From Camelus dromedarius (lineage: Eukaryota): 64,000 bases of DNA. The notes under the pieces were generated by a model. That model was not told where the DNA came from, did not search any database, and saw only the letters and a list, made by a program, of their open reading frames with translations. The position numbers were made by a program, and so were the translations under genes. The stretch covers positions 33,854,001 to 33,918,000 of the forward strand of contig NC_087437.1 in the NCBI RefSeq assembly GCF_036321535.1, in the 5' to 3' direction. Below, piece by piece: positions 1-11,511 of this stretch (positions are counted from its first letter, which is position 1; the number at the start of each line of letters is the position of its first letter).

Positions 1-68
1 ATAGAGGAAGCAAATAATTAGCAAGGAAAGCTTCAGAAAGTTAAGAGATGATATTGTAACCATAGAAT

Positions 69-506
69 TGAATAGTAGTTTTCCATTATGGCATGACAAA
101 TAACCAAAAAGTTAGCAGCTTAAAATAACATCTATTTATTATTCCAGAATTTTCATGGGTCAGGAGTCCAAGCATGGCTTAACTGTGTTATCAGCTGCTG
201 TCAAGGTGTCAGCTGAGCTGTGTTTCTTTCTGAAGCTTGGAATTCTCTTCCAAGCTCATGTGGTTGTTGGCAGAGTTCAGTTTCTTGTGGTTGTAAGAGG
301 TTGTAGGTCTCTGTTGTGTTGCTGGCTGTCAGCAGGGAACTGTTCTCAGTTCCTAAAGGCTGATTACAGTTCCTTACCAGGTGGTACTCTCATGGGCCTT
401 GTCCAAATGGCAGTGTCCTTCTTCAAGTCACAGGATCTGCTCAAGTTCAAGGGGAGATTATATTAAAGGGTGACTCATTGGGTCACCATAAGGTGTATCT
501 GCCACA
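69..506 (-). mobile_element. MaLR solo LTR, MLT1 family (MLT1E/F-like)
   Basis: Starts with the typical reverse-strand MLT1 end (tagttttccattatggcatgacaaataaccaaaaagttagcagcttaaaataaca). Contains gggtcaggagtccaagcatggcttaactg and ctcttccaagctcatgtggttgttggcagagttcag. Ends ...tctgccaca. Confidence 0.85.
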
Positions 507-519
507 GTTGCTATGGGAA

Positions 520-1300
520 AGAAACAAATAGAGAACAAGAAAGATCCTGAACATTTAAAGCCAAAAATAATTGCATTAAGTAGAAGAGATAGAAGATAAA
601 TTTGAGGAAATCTCCCAGAGAAAAGAACAACATAAAGAAATTTAAAATAGGAGAGAAAAGGATTAAAAAAAAAAAAAGACCAATTCGGGAGGCCTAATAT
701 CTGATGATAAAAGGTCCCCAAAGAGAAAACAGAAAAAAAAAAAAAATAGAAAGAGGAAATGTATCAAAGATATAACACATGAAAATTTCCCAGACCTGAA
801 CAAGTTTTCAGATTGAAAGGTGCCACTGATGGCCAGCACAATATATGAAAGAGAGAGCGGAAAAAAGAACCCCATTGATAAGGCACACCTCCATGAAATT
901 TCAGAACACTACGAGTGAAAAGAAAATCCTAGTGGTTTTCAGAGAGGAAAAATAGATCAGATACAAAGGATTAAAAAGCAAAAAATCATCAGACTTCTCA
1001 ATAGCAACTTTGGAAGCCAGAAGGGAATGGAGTAATACCTTCAGGATCCAGAGGAAAGCTGTTCTAACATGAAATTTCAAACCCAGTGGACCAAAACTCA
1101 AATGTAAGGGGGAAAAAAGACATTTTTCCCATCTGTAAAGGCCAAAAAACTTTATTTCCTGTGCATTTTTGGTTAGGAAGTATATTAAGAATTTATTTTT
1201 GGCAATATAAAGGGGTAAAGCAAAAATGAAGGGGATATGGGGCACAAGAAGTGGGAGATCCAGGCCCTCCCCCCCAAAACAAAGATGTACGGGAAGTCTT
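520..1300 (+). mobile_element. Ancient L1 ORF1-like relic (HAL1/L1M)
   Basis: A-rich ORF1-type motifs: gaaaatttcccagacctgaa, tttcagattgaaagg, catgaaatttcagaacact, catcagacttctcaatagcaactttggaagccagaagg. No intact frame. Probably resumes after the LTR at ~2080-2400. Confidence 0.8.
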
Positions 1301-1595
1301 GAATATTAGCATACAACAGGCTGACGGAGAACAGTCAAGGTTGGAACAGCAATATAGAGGGTTAAGGGGAAGAAGTTTCCATTAAAGGGGGAGATTTAAA
1401 ACAATAAGGTTATCTGATGTGATTAAATACTTAGAAAATTATAGATATAGGTAATTTGACAGATCTTCTGAAAAATGTGGAGTGGGGAGAATAGTAGTCC
1501 ATATATGAACTTAAGCATAAGTTGCAGGGGAAATGGCAACTCAAGTCCTGAAAAAAAAAAAATCTATAATCTTACAACACTCCTTAGTTTCATAC

Positions 1596-2075
1596 TGTCG
1601 ACTAAAATAAATGCACAGCCTAAAAGTTGAGAGTTATGTTTTATTTGTCGGGAGGACTCAAGCCAGGATGACAGCCTCTCAGATGGCTCTGAGGGACTGC
1701 TCCGAAGAGGTAGGGGAGGAGCTAGGATATATAGGAGCTTGACAACAAAGACCAGGTAGTTGGAACAATAAAAGATTACTTGTTATCTAAAGAAAAACAG
1801 GCATCTCAAGTTAAAGAATTTAGTGCTTTTCTATGTATGGGAGGAAGCAAATATTTGGGCTCATTGAATTCATTCCTTTGACAAGCATCTAGCTATCTAG
1901 GGTTAGTATCCTGTCCTTTCTCATTCTGAGTCCCCTCAGGGTGCACCTCTGTGAGTGGATGCAGAGTCTGGGTTGCAGGCTTGTCTTACCTGGGGGGTGG
2001 TGGCAGCCGCTGATGACTTGATGGCTTCAGCATTCTTTTGTTTACTGATACGGTTTGCAGTATTTTCCGTTCACA
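1596..2075 (-). mobile_element. ERV1 solo LTR, MER41-like (artiodactyl MER41 group)
   Basis: 480 bp with TG...CA termini. The minus strand starts TGTGAACGGAAAATACTGCAAACCGTATCAGTAAACAAAAGAATGCTGAAGCCATCAAG. Internal acagcctctcagatggctctgagggactgctcc is typical of MER41-like LTRs. AATAAA lies near the minus-strand 3' end. Confidence 0.8.
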
Positions 2076-3881
2076 GTAGTAATATTTCATCACGGAAATG
2101 TAAACACTGACTCTACATAGAATGAACCAAATATTGCAACATGTGAAGAGGATAAGATATGAGGAAATTTAGGAGATTTATTTTTCAAGGGTTTGGGCAG
2201 TAGGTTAGATGGCTTAATGACCGAAAATAAAGAGATAATGTTCCAAATCGGCCAAGCAAGCAGTTGCATTATTAACATGCTAGTTAGAAATGCAGAGCAA
2301 CTGTGTATTTCAAAAGGAAAAGGTAATGAAATGAGCTGAAAGGGGTTGCTTCTGGAGGTAGAAATGAAGACTAGAAAGAGGACTGGTTTACTCTCACCCT
2401 GTTTGGTACAGAAAAATAAGAGCGAAAAGAAAAGCTATGTAAATGTATTATTTTGGTTTGAAAAGATTTATCTATTTATTTAGTAGTTTATCAGGTTTCA
2501 TCAAAATCCATAAGAATCAAAGTTTTTTCCCACCAGGATAAAGAAACAGGAAATGCTGAACACTTAGAATCAAAACCCCACCTCTCTCAGTTTAGTACTT
2601 GGTTTAACAAAGACAAACAAACCAAATTTAGCTTCCTTTTGTTACAACTTCCACGCTGATTTTGACAGATTTTCCTGAGTGCCTGTGCTCCACTACAAAT
2701 TACTTCTTTTTCTGAGTCACTCTCGTCTAGACTGCCAGAGCGGCTCCTGCTCAGCGTTGGATGGGTAGGAATTGTAGGTCCTGCTCAGATGTGTTTGCAC
2801 AGCACTTCCTCCCTCGCGGGAAGTATGCATTATGTGTGAACGAGGCTCTTCATGGCTCTGCATAATTACCGCATTTGGAGCCATTCTTCTCTTCAGAGGT
2901 TGAGTTTTTTCTTTTCCTTCTTTTGATTTCTTACATTTTGCAGTGACTGTCATCGTGATTTTGATGCTGTGGTTTAACAGCGACTTCAAATGCAAATTTG
3001 ACAACAGCAGCTGAAAATTATGGGTGGCGAACAAAGGAACTAAACTTCCATGCCTGTGTTTTGAGAGGCTCCACCTGATCTATGAAATTACACGTTTTAG
3101 TAGTAAGCCCAGCATACAACTTTGGCTTTTGTATCACACGAAGAGCCAGAATTTTCCGAAGACATTCCCCAAACCTGGGCTCCAAAATGGAGTCTCAGTG
3201 ATTTCCACTTCACGTTTTACAGTTCTCATTTTGTAGGTAGTTAAGATCCAGTTGGAGACTTTGTCTCCCAGTGAAACTGTTCTCCTCTTTGCATCATTTA
3301 TCCAAGGGCGATAAGCCAGATACTTCACAACCAGAACTGCCCAGGCAGCAGCCAATCAGAGCAGGAAGAGAGCTGGAGCTCCTGGCTGGCACGAGCTTTC
3401 TGCCTTTAGCTGGACCACGGGAGAGGTGACAGAAAGGGGGTCTCTGGCCAGGGGCTGAGTGACAAGAGGGATGCTTGGAAGGCCTGGGAAGCAGCAATAA
3501 CTAATCAGTATGGGAGTATTAAATGTTAGAACAACTGGTAGGGCCGTATCTGTGTGTCCTGAAGTATCACTTCCTGTCTATGTACATGCCTCTCCATCCC
3601 TACTGTCTTCTAAATTCCTTAAGAAGAGATTGGGAATCAGACTCTGCTCTATGTGCGACACAGTGCTTTCTCTGGATGAGTGGATGAATGAATAAATGAG
3701 TGACATAAATTATTTATCCTCCTTTCTAAACCTGGCTTCCTCATTCTTGACTTAAAAAATATTCCCTGTTAAAATTGAACATGCCAAAATTCACACAGGG
3801 AGGGACTTTTCATAACCACAAATCTAGTCCTTTGGAAGGGACAAAGGGACTTAGAGATAAATATGCAAGAATCAGACTATC

Positions 3882-4035
3882 AAGGGAGAGGTATAGCTTA
3901 GTGGTAGACTGTATGCTTAGCATGCATAAGGTCCTGGATTCAATTCCCAGTAGCTCCATTAAACAAACAAACTAACTAACTAACTAAAACCTAATTACCG
4001 CCCCCCCCAAATAGTTTTTTAAAAATACATAAAAA
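3882..4035 (+). mobile_element. tRNA-Ala-derived SINE (camelid Vic-1-like)
   Basis: Head gggagaggtatagcttagtggtag (A box), ggattcaattcc (B box), then cctaattacc and an A-rich tail. Perfect 12-bp TSD aatcagactatc at 3870-3881 and 4036-4047. Confidence 0.92.
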
Positions 4036-5079
4036 AATCAGACTATCTTTTTTTTTCTTGAAAAAGTTATCCTTGGCATAATGGATGTTTGGGAGAATGA
4101 TGAAAGTATGTTCTTTGTTATAGTTTGTTAGTTCTGTAGGTGGATGTGGAGTATAGTGGAACAGACTTAATGCTAAAAATTTTTCTTTGGGAAAAAAATG
4201 GAGACTTCATTTGCACTGTTTTAATTTTGCAATAGTTGTTTAGGTTTACATTAATACGAAAGAATCAAACCATAGGCATCACACTGACAAGTCTTTGTTT
4301 TCCCAGCTGAAGCTAATTGAAGAATAGACAGGGAGAGAAATCCATAAATAGTCAGGAAGAAATTAGATTTTTTTAGATCAATTCTCAGAACCAAAGATGG
4401 CATCAAGCTATAAGGGATTGTAAAGGAATATGATTTTTATCTAGGTCATAACATTTACAGCTGTTTTCCTCCCTTAATTTAAATGTAGGAGTGATAGGCA
4501 TCTATAACATGCCCACCCAGCAGGATCAAAAACACAGGATCACAGGTTAAAACATTTAGTTTTCATCCAGAAAGAAATTGACAGAAAATAAATTTATCAA
4601 GGGACTACATTTTTAAGGCATGCGTTGCATGGCTGCCTAGAACAAAAAAGGAATTCTAGTATATTAAAGCAATAATTCTTTTTGAACTATAGATATTAAT
4701 GTAAGATGAGAGAAACAGAGCAAAATAAACAATTCTCAAAGAAGAGACTGAGACCAGAGAATCATCTTGCTTCTCTGATACTATATTAGTTGTAGTTTTA
4801 GCTACTCGTGTTCTCAAAAGATAATTACCTAGAATTTTCTGAACTCAATCTGAGGCTCTGAGCAGAGCTGACTTATTGATATCACACTATTGCTATGAAT
4901 CAAATGCAGGATGTTACTTTTGAAGCAACTGAATGGTTTACTTAATGCAAGAGCTGTTGACTATTTGAAGTAAGTTAAAAAAAAAAAACTGGTCTACATT
5001 AGACTTTGGGATATTTTTAGTTGTTCTTTAATGAGATTCTGAGAATAACTTACGTTTCCCTGATAACATGTTTCCAGAC

Positions 5080-5400
5080 CTACCACTTGGTACATTATTA
5101 CTAGGCACTGAAAATCTAGAAATAAATAAAATACTGTCTGTCATGCTAGAACTCAAGACTTAGTGTAGGGAGTAGACAGTTCTATAGATAATTTTAGCAA
5201 AGCCTGAGAAGCGTCAGTGTTAGAAGTACCCCAAGAGGAGAAGACTCCTTTTCTCTGCAAAGGGGAAGAAGCAGGAGTGGCCAAGGGAAGGTCTCTAAGG
5301 CAACCCCTGAGCTAAGTCTGCAAGAAAACAGACATTAGCCAGGCAGGAAGGACATTCCAGACAGGGGAAATGAAAATGCAAGATATGTATATGATATTTC
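5080..5400 (-). mobile_element. L2 LINE 3' fragment
   Basis: ctaggcactgaaaatctagaaataaataaaatactgtctg...agaactcaagacttagtgtagggagtagac...cctgagctaagtctg...cattccagacagggga follows the L2 reverse-strand pattern. Confidence 0.65.
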
Positions 5401-6579
5401 AGAGGCATAAACTCAGACTGGATATCCTTAGAGGAAATCCAATGTATAAATTCATGGGACATACAGAGACTAAAATACTTCTTCCAGAAAAGTCATACAG
5501 AGTAAAATAATTAACATCTTCCCTTTGAGAATTATCATTACATTATGTTCTCAGTTGCTTTCAATAAAAAATATATGGAAAACTTCCCAAGGATTAGCCA
5601 TAAAAATGCTTGGGAAAATTTCAACATTGGCCATTATAAGACATTTCCATAATATTTAATATTTCTGTCCCTAAGAGGCTGAATAAAACGCTAAATGACT
5701 TATACTCATCAAATAAGAAGAAAATTTGCTATGTTTGAATATTTTTTGCAGGATTACATGTAGCCCATCCATGTATCACAATATGGACTCTTCAAAATTG
5801 TCTCCTTATCACATAGTTTCCCTATACAAATGGAGAAAAAAATATGCTGATGTGAATCATGTGGAATTTGCATTCCTTGTAAAGGAAAACGTTTTCCTGT
5901 TCTTAAGTACCAAGTCCTCCTTCTGAGCCCAGCTAAAAGTTGGACTGGCCCAGAAGACATTGGTCTGTGCTTGCTTCCTGCATTTAGACAGAGTCTTACA
6001 TAACATAACATTATATAAAGTTCTCATTCTAACTGTGGACACCTCAGTTTCCTTACTGTAAAATGAGTGTGGACCAGATGACCTTTAAGGTCTTTCAGCC
6101 CTAACAGTCATTCTATTACTTTTTTATTTCATGCCTAGCATCCCACACACAGCATCCTAATGACTCCCAGCTCCAGTCAATGGAACCGCTTCTTCAGCAT
6201 GCGTTTCAGCCATGGAGATCCAGGGTCTTACCTACTGTAGGCTGCTTTGTCCATCTCTCCTAGGTCATAATCATATTTCTTCACCCCCAAGTGGAGCACA
6301 TTAGACTGAGACCTTCTTTCATAGGCTTTTACCGATCAAGGTCGGCTCATTCAACTGTATCAGCCTAAGTCCAGATCATAGTGTAGAAAGAATATGAAAG
6401 ACTCCAAGGTGGTAAAAAGCCAAAGCACTAAAAATCTTTCTGCAGACAACTCCCATGGCTCTATTACAGAAAAAAAAAAATAATCACCTAAAGCAGGTGC
6501 CGATTGGCAGCATTATACTGGATATATTGAGCCTGTCCCACTCGGTCTCTCCTGACTGGGTCTAGAGCTTCAGGGCCAG

Positions 6580-6840
6580 AGTTCTTTAATCACATGCTAC
6601 CTCATCAACTAATACATACATCTGTTATGTTCTTATATTTATATATTGTGTGCATGTATTTATTTGTGACTTATATTCATGTTATATTGAACTAATAGTT
6701 TACACAGTTTATAATATATACAAAAATAGAAGCTTTAAAAGAGTGAGATTTTTAAAAATTAAAAGATAGAAATGGAAGTTGCAGTATTCTTCCTGAATAT
6801 TTTTGGATTATCTTGAATTCCCTACTTTGAGGCCATTGAT
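6580..6840 (-). mobile_element. hAT-Charlie non-autonomous DNA transposon fragment (Charlie4z-like)
   Basis: AT-rich core with tatacaaaaatagaagctttaaaagagtgagat...aatggaagttgcagtattcttcctg and a terminal cctactttgaggccattg. Subfamily assigned from memory. Confidence 0.55.
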
Positions 6841-7340
6841 TTTAAGTGCTGACTCTTCTGAATGACCTAGACATTTACATCATTAATCTATCCCTTTCGA
6901 ATCTTTTGTAATTCTTAGTAACTTCTTATTCAAAATCTTAAAATATTTGAATTTTTTTAAAATACTGAGTTTTCATATTTTTGTTCCAAGCAGTCAGTTT
7001 TGCCTTTTTCAGTGAACAAAAGAGGTAACCAAGGGTCAAGTTTACAAGGCAAGTAATATGGATTAAGTCGTTTTCAGTAAGATCCCTGACCCATTCAAGC
7101 CCTCCAGAATCTCTCCCTTATGGCTCATTGTTCTCTACTATTCATTAGATCTTGAATAGGGTCTCCTTCTTATCGGAAAATCCCTTTTTTTCTTTGCATG
7201 CATGCATATGAGGTAACACAATAAGATAGTGACATTGGTTCAGAATCAAACTCTTCAGGAAGTATCTAAATACATTCTCATTATTTTATGATCACATTTT
7301 ATTTTCTTTACTTTTTTTTCTTTTTAATTTTATTACTCAC

Positions 7341-7530
7341 CTTAATCATTCCATTCATTCACTGGATTGAGCCATTAATAATTTTTGACTATTTCCAAAA
7401 ATCAGACCTATATAAAACGTGAGTTTTTTGTCTAAAGATAAAAGAGCAAAGATTTATATAGTACCTGAGGATATTTAAAAACAGTGTGTCCTAGAATTCT
7501 GGCAGTAAATCCAAACAAAATTGACAGTAT
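7341..7530 (+). mobile_element. Fossil mariner-type transposase C-terminal fragment
   Basis: Translation from 7341 gives LNHSIHSLD*AINNF*LFPKIRPI*, which aligns to the mariner motif LxHPPYSPDLAPxDFWLFPKIK. Degenerate KGQRF and EDIQK-like segments follow. Confidence 0.7.
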
Positions 7531-7651
7531 CTTTATAATCAGTGTGTAAATAATTTACATATTAAAAGGAAATATATGAGCCTATGGTTTTTAAAATCGA
7601 TTTTATTTCGCCACAGTCCGTTCTTATAGACATTAGTCTCTCCACATAGGT

Positions 7652-7885
7652 TGGAGGCAGTGTGGAGTGCTGGACAGAACCTTCAGAGGACTTTAAACCA
7701 GAGTTCCAGTCTCTACCCCATCATTAACTGGCTGTGACCTTGAACAGTTGACTTGCTTAATCTTTGAGTCTTGGTTTCCTATTCTGTAAAATAGGACACT
7801 ATCTACCTCTTAATCTTGTTGTGAAGATAGAGTATAAAGCTCTTAGTACAATGCCCAGAACATAGCAGACACCCATTAAATGGCA
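7652..7885 (+). mobile_element. MIR SINE
   Basis: ggaggcagtgtggagtgctgga...ggctgtgaccttgaacag...cttggtttcctattctgtaaaatagg...tagtacaatgcccagaacatagcagacacccattaaatgg. Confidence 0.85.
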
Positions 7886-9984
7886 AAGATTTTTTCTACT
7901 CTTTTAAATCCCTAAAGATTATGATTTGTCTCTCCTTTTTCCCCCCATTTAGTGCCAAGCATAGTGTCGTCTCTGGAGTTAATGTTCAGTATTTTTCCAT
8001 TGATTAATATGGGTAATCTCCTACAGTTTGATAATTTTATTTAACTTCATAGAAGTAAATGATGCTCTGATGCTTCTTATATTTTTGGAGATTAAAAATA
8101 AAATAGTTTGACAACAACATAGCAATAACAACAAAGCTTGTCTGTGCAATCCTGCCTGCTTTCCCACCATATGGAACATTGATTCCCAGGGTCTGAAGTC
8201 ATCAGAGCTCTGAGGGAGAAATGATAAATTGAGGTGCTCTAATCCTGATTCTACCAGCCACTACGTATGGCAAATCTGCAAATCCTTTCTTGAGGTCAAT
8301 TCCACAATGCAGGTCTCTGCATCTGGGGCGTCAAGTCTAATCTTCTCCATTGGGTGATTTGGGTAATCCTCTGGCTTCCATCTTTGGGGATAAACCTTAT
8401 CTTATTCCTGAGAGGGAAGCCGGGAATGTTAGTTTTTCTATCCATATCTAGCCAGATTAGATTCTGTGTGAGCATGTGTATGTGTACATGAAAGAAAAGC
8501 AGAGACAGTCAACTGACATTTCTACAACTCTCTGCCTTAATTTATAAGAAACTCAGGCAGGAATTTTAATCTTTAGCACCAACACAAGGAAGCAGGATCT
8601 TCAAAAATGTCAGATGCAAAGGAACTACAGACTTGCAATCTGAAATGCAGAGAGGCTGTCTCTGTGAGACACCCAACCCTGGCTGTTAGCTGCATCACCA
8701 CTGAATGGCCAGGAAAACCCGCACCCCAAGTCTCTGTGGGAACTGATAAATGCTGTGAAAAGATCAGTCTCTCCAGCTGATAGCTCCTTACAAACAGAAA
8801 TACATACAAGGTTTATCAGTTCTGAAGCACTTTTTACCAATGTTAGAAAAAACAGTGGTTAAATATAATCTGTTTGGAAAATGGCATGTCATTGTGGACA
8901 GACATTTGACTTAGAATAGATTCTAGTGTTTTTCTATTAAAAAAATCATCTATCTTGAAAAAGAGGCTGAAAATATGAACTCCAACTTTCTTATATGTAA
9001 AATGGGGGAAATAATACCTACCTCATAGATTTATTGGGAGAAGTGATTGAGAGAACAAATGCCTAGACATTACCTGGCACCTAGTAGCCCTTCGATAGGC
9101 GCTGAATCTCCATCAATAATGAAATGAAGTTTTCTGTTATGGTTTATATTCCTGTGTCTGTCTCATCCCCCAAACCTAGAATCTTTACAAAAACTTTAAG
9201 TTCTGCTTTTGGAACCATTTATCATTGATTTAGATTTGTATTCTCTGGATGATTAATTATTCAGCATTAATGATTTTTGCTGCAGCAAAGATAGGTTTTG
9301 AAGATTTACCTCCGTGTGAGTTTCAATAATTACAAGATCCCACCATATTTGCATAAAGCTATGTTCTGCAAAAGGCTTTTCTGTCTATTTTCTCATTTGC
9401 TCAAGAGTTAGTACAGTTATGCTCTTAAATTTTAACATCAATTTCATGGAGACAGGTTTAAATGGTTTCCTGTGGCTGGATGCGAATTGGGTTTTTTATT
9501 TTCAAATCTTCATTTGAAAATGGCAACCATATCCCCATAACCTATCTCAGAAAGGACACCCAAATAGGGCAGTGTTTCAAAGGAAATTCAGAAAAATTGC
9601 AAGTGTAGATTACAGAACGAGTGTCTGACATTTGCCTTGGCTCCTAAGTGAGTGTAATTCACCCGAATGGGTGCACATGTTCGGTGTGTAGCCCAGGGGG
9701 AAATACTCAACGGCCCACTCTCCACAGTGGATAGCCTGCCAAGGAAGAAAACCAAATGACAGCCTCTAAGAAAAGAAAATATTGGTGCTAAATTCTTTGT
9801 GGCCATTTTATTGTAGCACAAAGGAAATCCACATTAAAGCAGAAGAAGGAAATGATTTTGTTACCAGTTTACATTAAATGATTTGTATCTCCTACAATCT
9901 CAGCTTGAGCTGGGTCTCCAAATCGAGTTCATTTTCATGGCTTTATCGCATAAGCAGTACAGCTGAGGGGAAACGTCGGGGAGA

Positions 9985-10190
9985 TTTAGAGACACAGGAC
10001 CTGGTTTTGAATCCCATCTCTGCCATTACTTGCTGTGATCCGTGATTTTTAGCTTTTCGGAGCTTCTGTTTCCCCATGTGTAAAATGGCAAAGCACAATA
10101 AGAATTACCTCAGGATTTATTAGGGAGATTAAATGAGATAATACATATAAACAGCCCTTTTTATACTGTAAAGTGCTAAACAAACTTCAG
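9985..10190 (+). mobile_element. MIR SINE
   Basis: gacctggttttgaatcccatctctgccattact...ctgtttccccatgtgtaaaatgg...tacctcaggatttattagggagattaaatgagataatacatataa. Confidence 0.85.
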
Positions 10191-10243
10191 TGTCAATGAG
10201 GTCATATTACTATGAATAGTGATAACAGAAATATTGGTACTGA

Positions 10244-10511
10244 TCTTGTTTATCTATTCTGTATACAGTAGTGTGTATCTGCTAATTCCATACTCGTAAT
10301 TTATTTCTCCCCACCCCCCTTTCCCTTTTGGTCACCATAAATATGTTTTCTATGGCTGTCAGTCTCTTTCTATTTTGTAAATAAGTTCATTTGTGGTTTT
10401 TTTCTTTAGATTCTGCATATAAATGATAAATGATATTAGTCTTTCTCTGTCTGACTTTCTTCACTTAGTATGATAGTCTCAGGTCCATCCTCAACTATAC
10501 TTCAATGAAAA
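10244..10511 (+). mobile_element. Young L1 3' fragment with 5' inversion
   Basis: Antisense L1 3'UTR (10244-10490) joined to the sense terminus tcaactatacttcaatgaaaaaaa. TSD aaatattggtactga (10229-10243) / aaatactggtactga (10512-10526). Confidence 0.88.
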
Positions 10512-10769
10512 AAATACTGGTACTGAGGTCTTTGCCTTGCCATGTTCTAAGGAAGTATGACGGACTCTAGTCCAAGCCCCCTGCCCCTGCATATACACCC
10601 ATGAAACTTCCATCTACCCCTCCCTCAGGTTCATTGCATACCAAGTGTCATTTCTTACTCACACAGCATAACACTCAGTGCAAGAAGACTTTAACTACAC
10701 CTTCCTATGCCTTCTCATCTGTTTAACTTTCTCCAAAATGTTTATAGATTATTCCAAAGGCATGGTTAA

Positions 10770-11270
10770 TTCATTCAGTCGGTGAACAAACATTAGGTGA
10801 AGTGTTGCCATGTGCTGGGATTCTGTGGAAAGCACAATAACCTAACCCAGACAAGCAGAGGTTCAGAAGCTTTAAGATGGGACTGGCAATAAAAACCAAA
10901 CACATTGTCTGAGAATATGAAATACTGAGTCGGACACAGAGACAGAGTACTGCTTACCCATGGGTTTGCAAATTGTGACAGTAAGAAGCATGGAATCATG
11001 GACCATCTTATGCAAGTCATCGACCTAAAGTGTGCTTGGCAGGTGGGCGACTGTTCCCCGGAGCAGTAACAGGGGGAGGGGGTGAGCTGTGTAGGGAAGA
11101 GCAGGAGGCGCCTGGAGAGATGGCTGCAGCACTCAGCACAAGAGGGCCCTCTGGTGGGGGTGGGGAGACTGCTGAGGAAGGGACAGTCCTCGTTTCGGTG
11201 GGGTGGAGTCAAGGTGAGTGAGCACCGGCCTAGAGGAGGAGAGGCAGTCAGCCAGGTCTGGGATGGTCGG
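10770..11270 (-). mobile_element. L2 LINE 3' fragment
   Basis: ttcattcagtcggtgaacaaacattaggtgaagtgttgccatgtgctgggattctgtgg... matches the L2 tail on the reverse strand; the rest is strongly diverged. Confidence 0.55.
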
Positions 11271-11323
11271 AGGTGGGCTCTTCCTTGGTTGGTGAGACTT
11301 CTAGGTGCTGAGTATTGTCAGTA

Positions 11324-11511
11324 CAGTCGGCCCTCAGTATCCGCGAGGGAAGAGCTCCAGGACCTCCCCGAGGATACCAAAATCCTGGGATGCTCAGTTC
11401 TCTTACAGTCAGCCCTTGGTCTCCGTGGGTTCAACCAGCTGCGGATTCAAAGTTTCCATCCGTGTTTGGTTGAACCCGCGGATGCAGAGCCTGACGGTAC
11501 GGCGGCCACCG
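11324..11511 (+). mobile_element. TcMar-Tigger MITE, MER2 family
   Basis: TA followed by CAGTCGGCCCTCAGTATCCGCG TIR, then ggataccaaaatcctgggatgctca. A second TA+CAGTCAGCCC TIR-like copy starts at 11406. The 3' end ttggttgaacccgcggatgcagagcc...acggcggccaccg is a degenerate TIR. Confidence 0.8.

Noticed and set aside
3884..3960. tRNA-like A/B boxes (also 35332 and 43481)
   Set aside because: SINE heads with tails (and TSDs for two of the three); no intact cloverleaf, so not tRNA genes.
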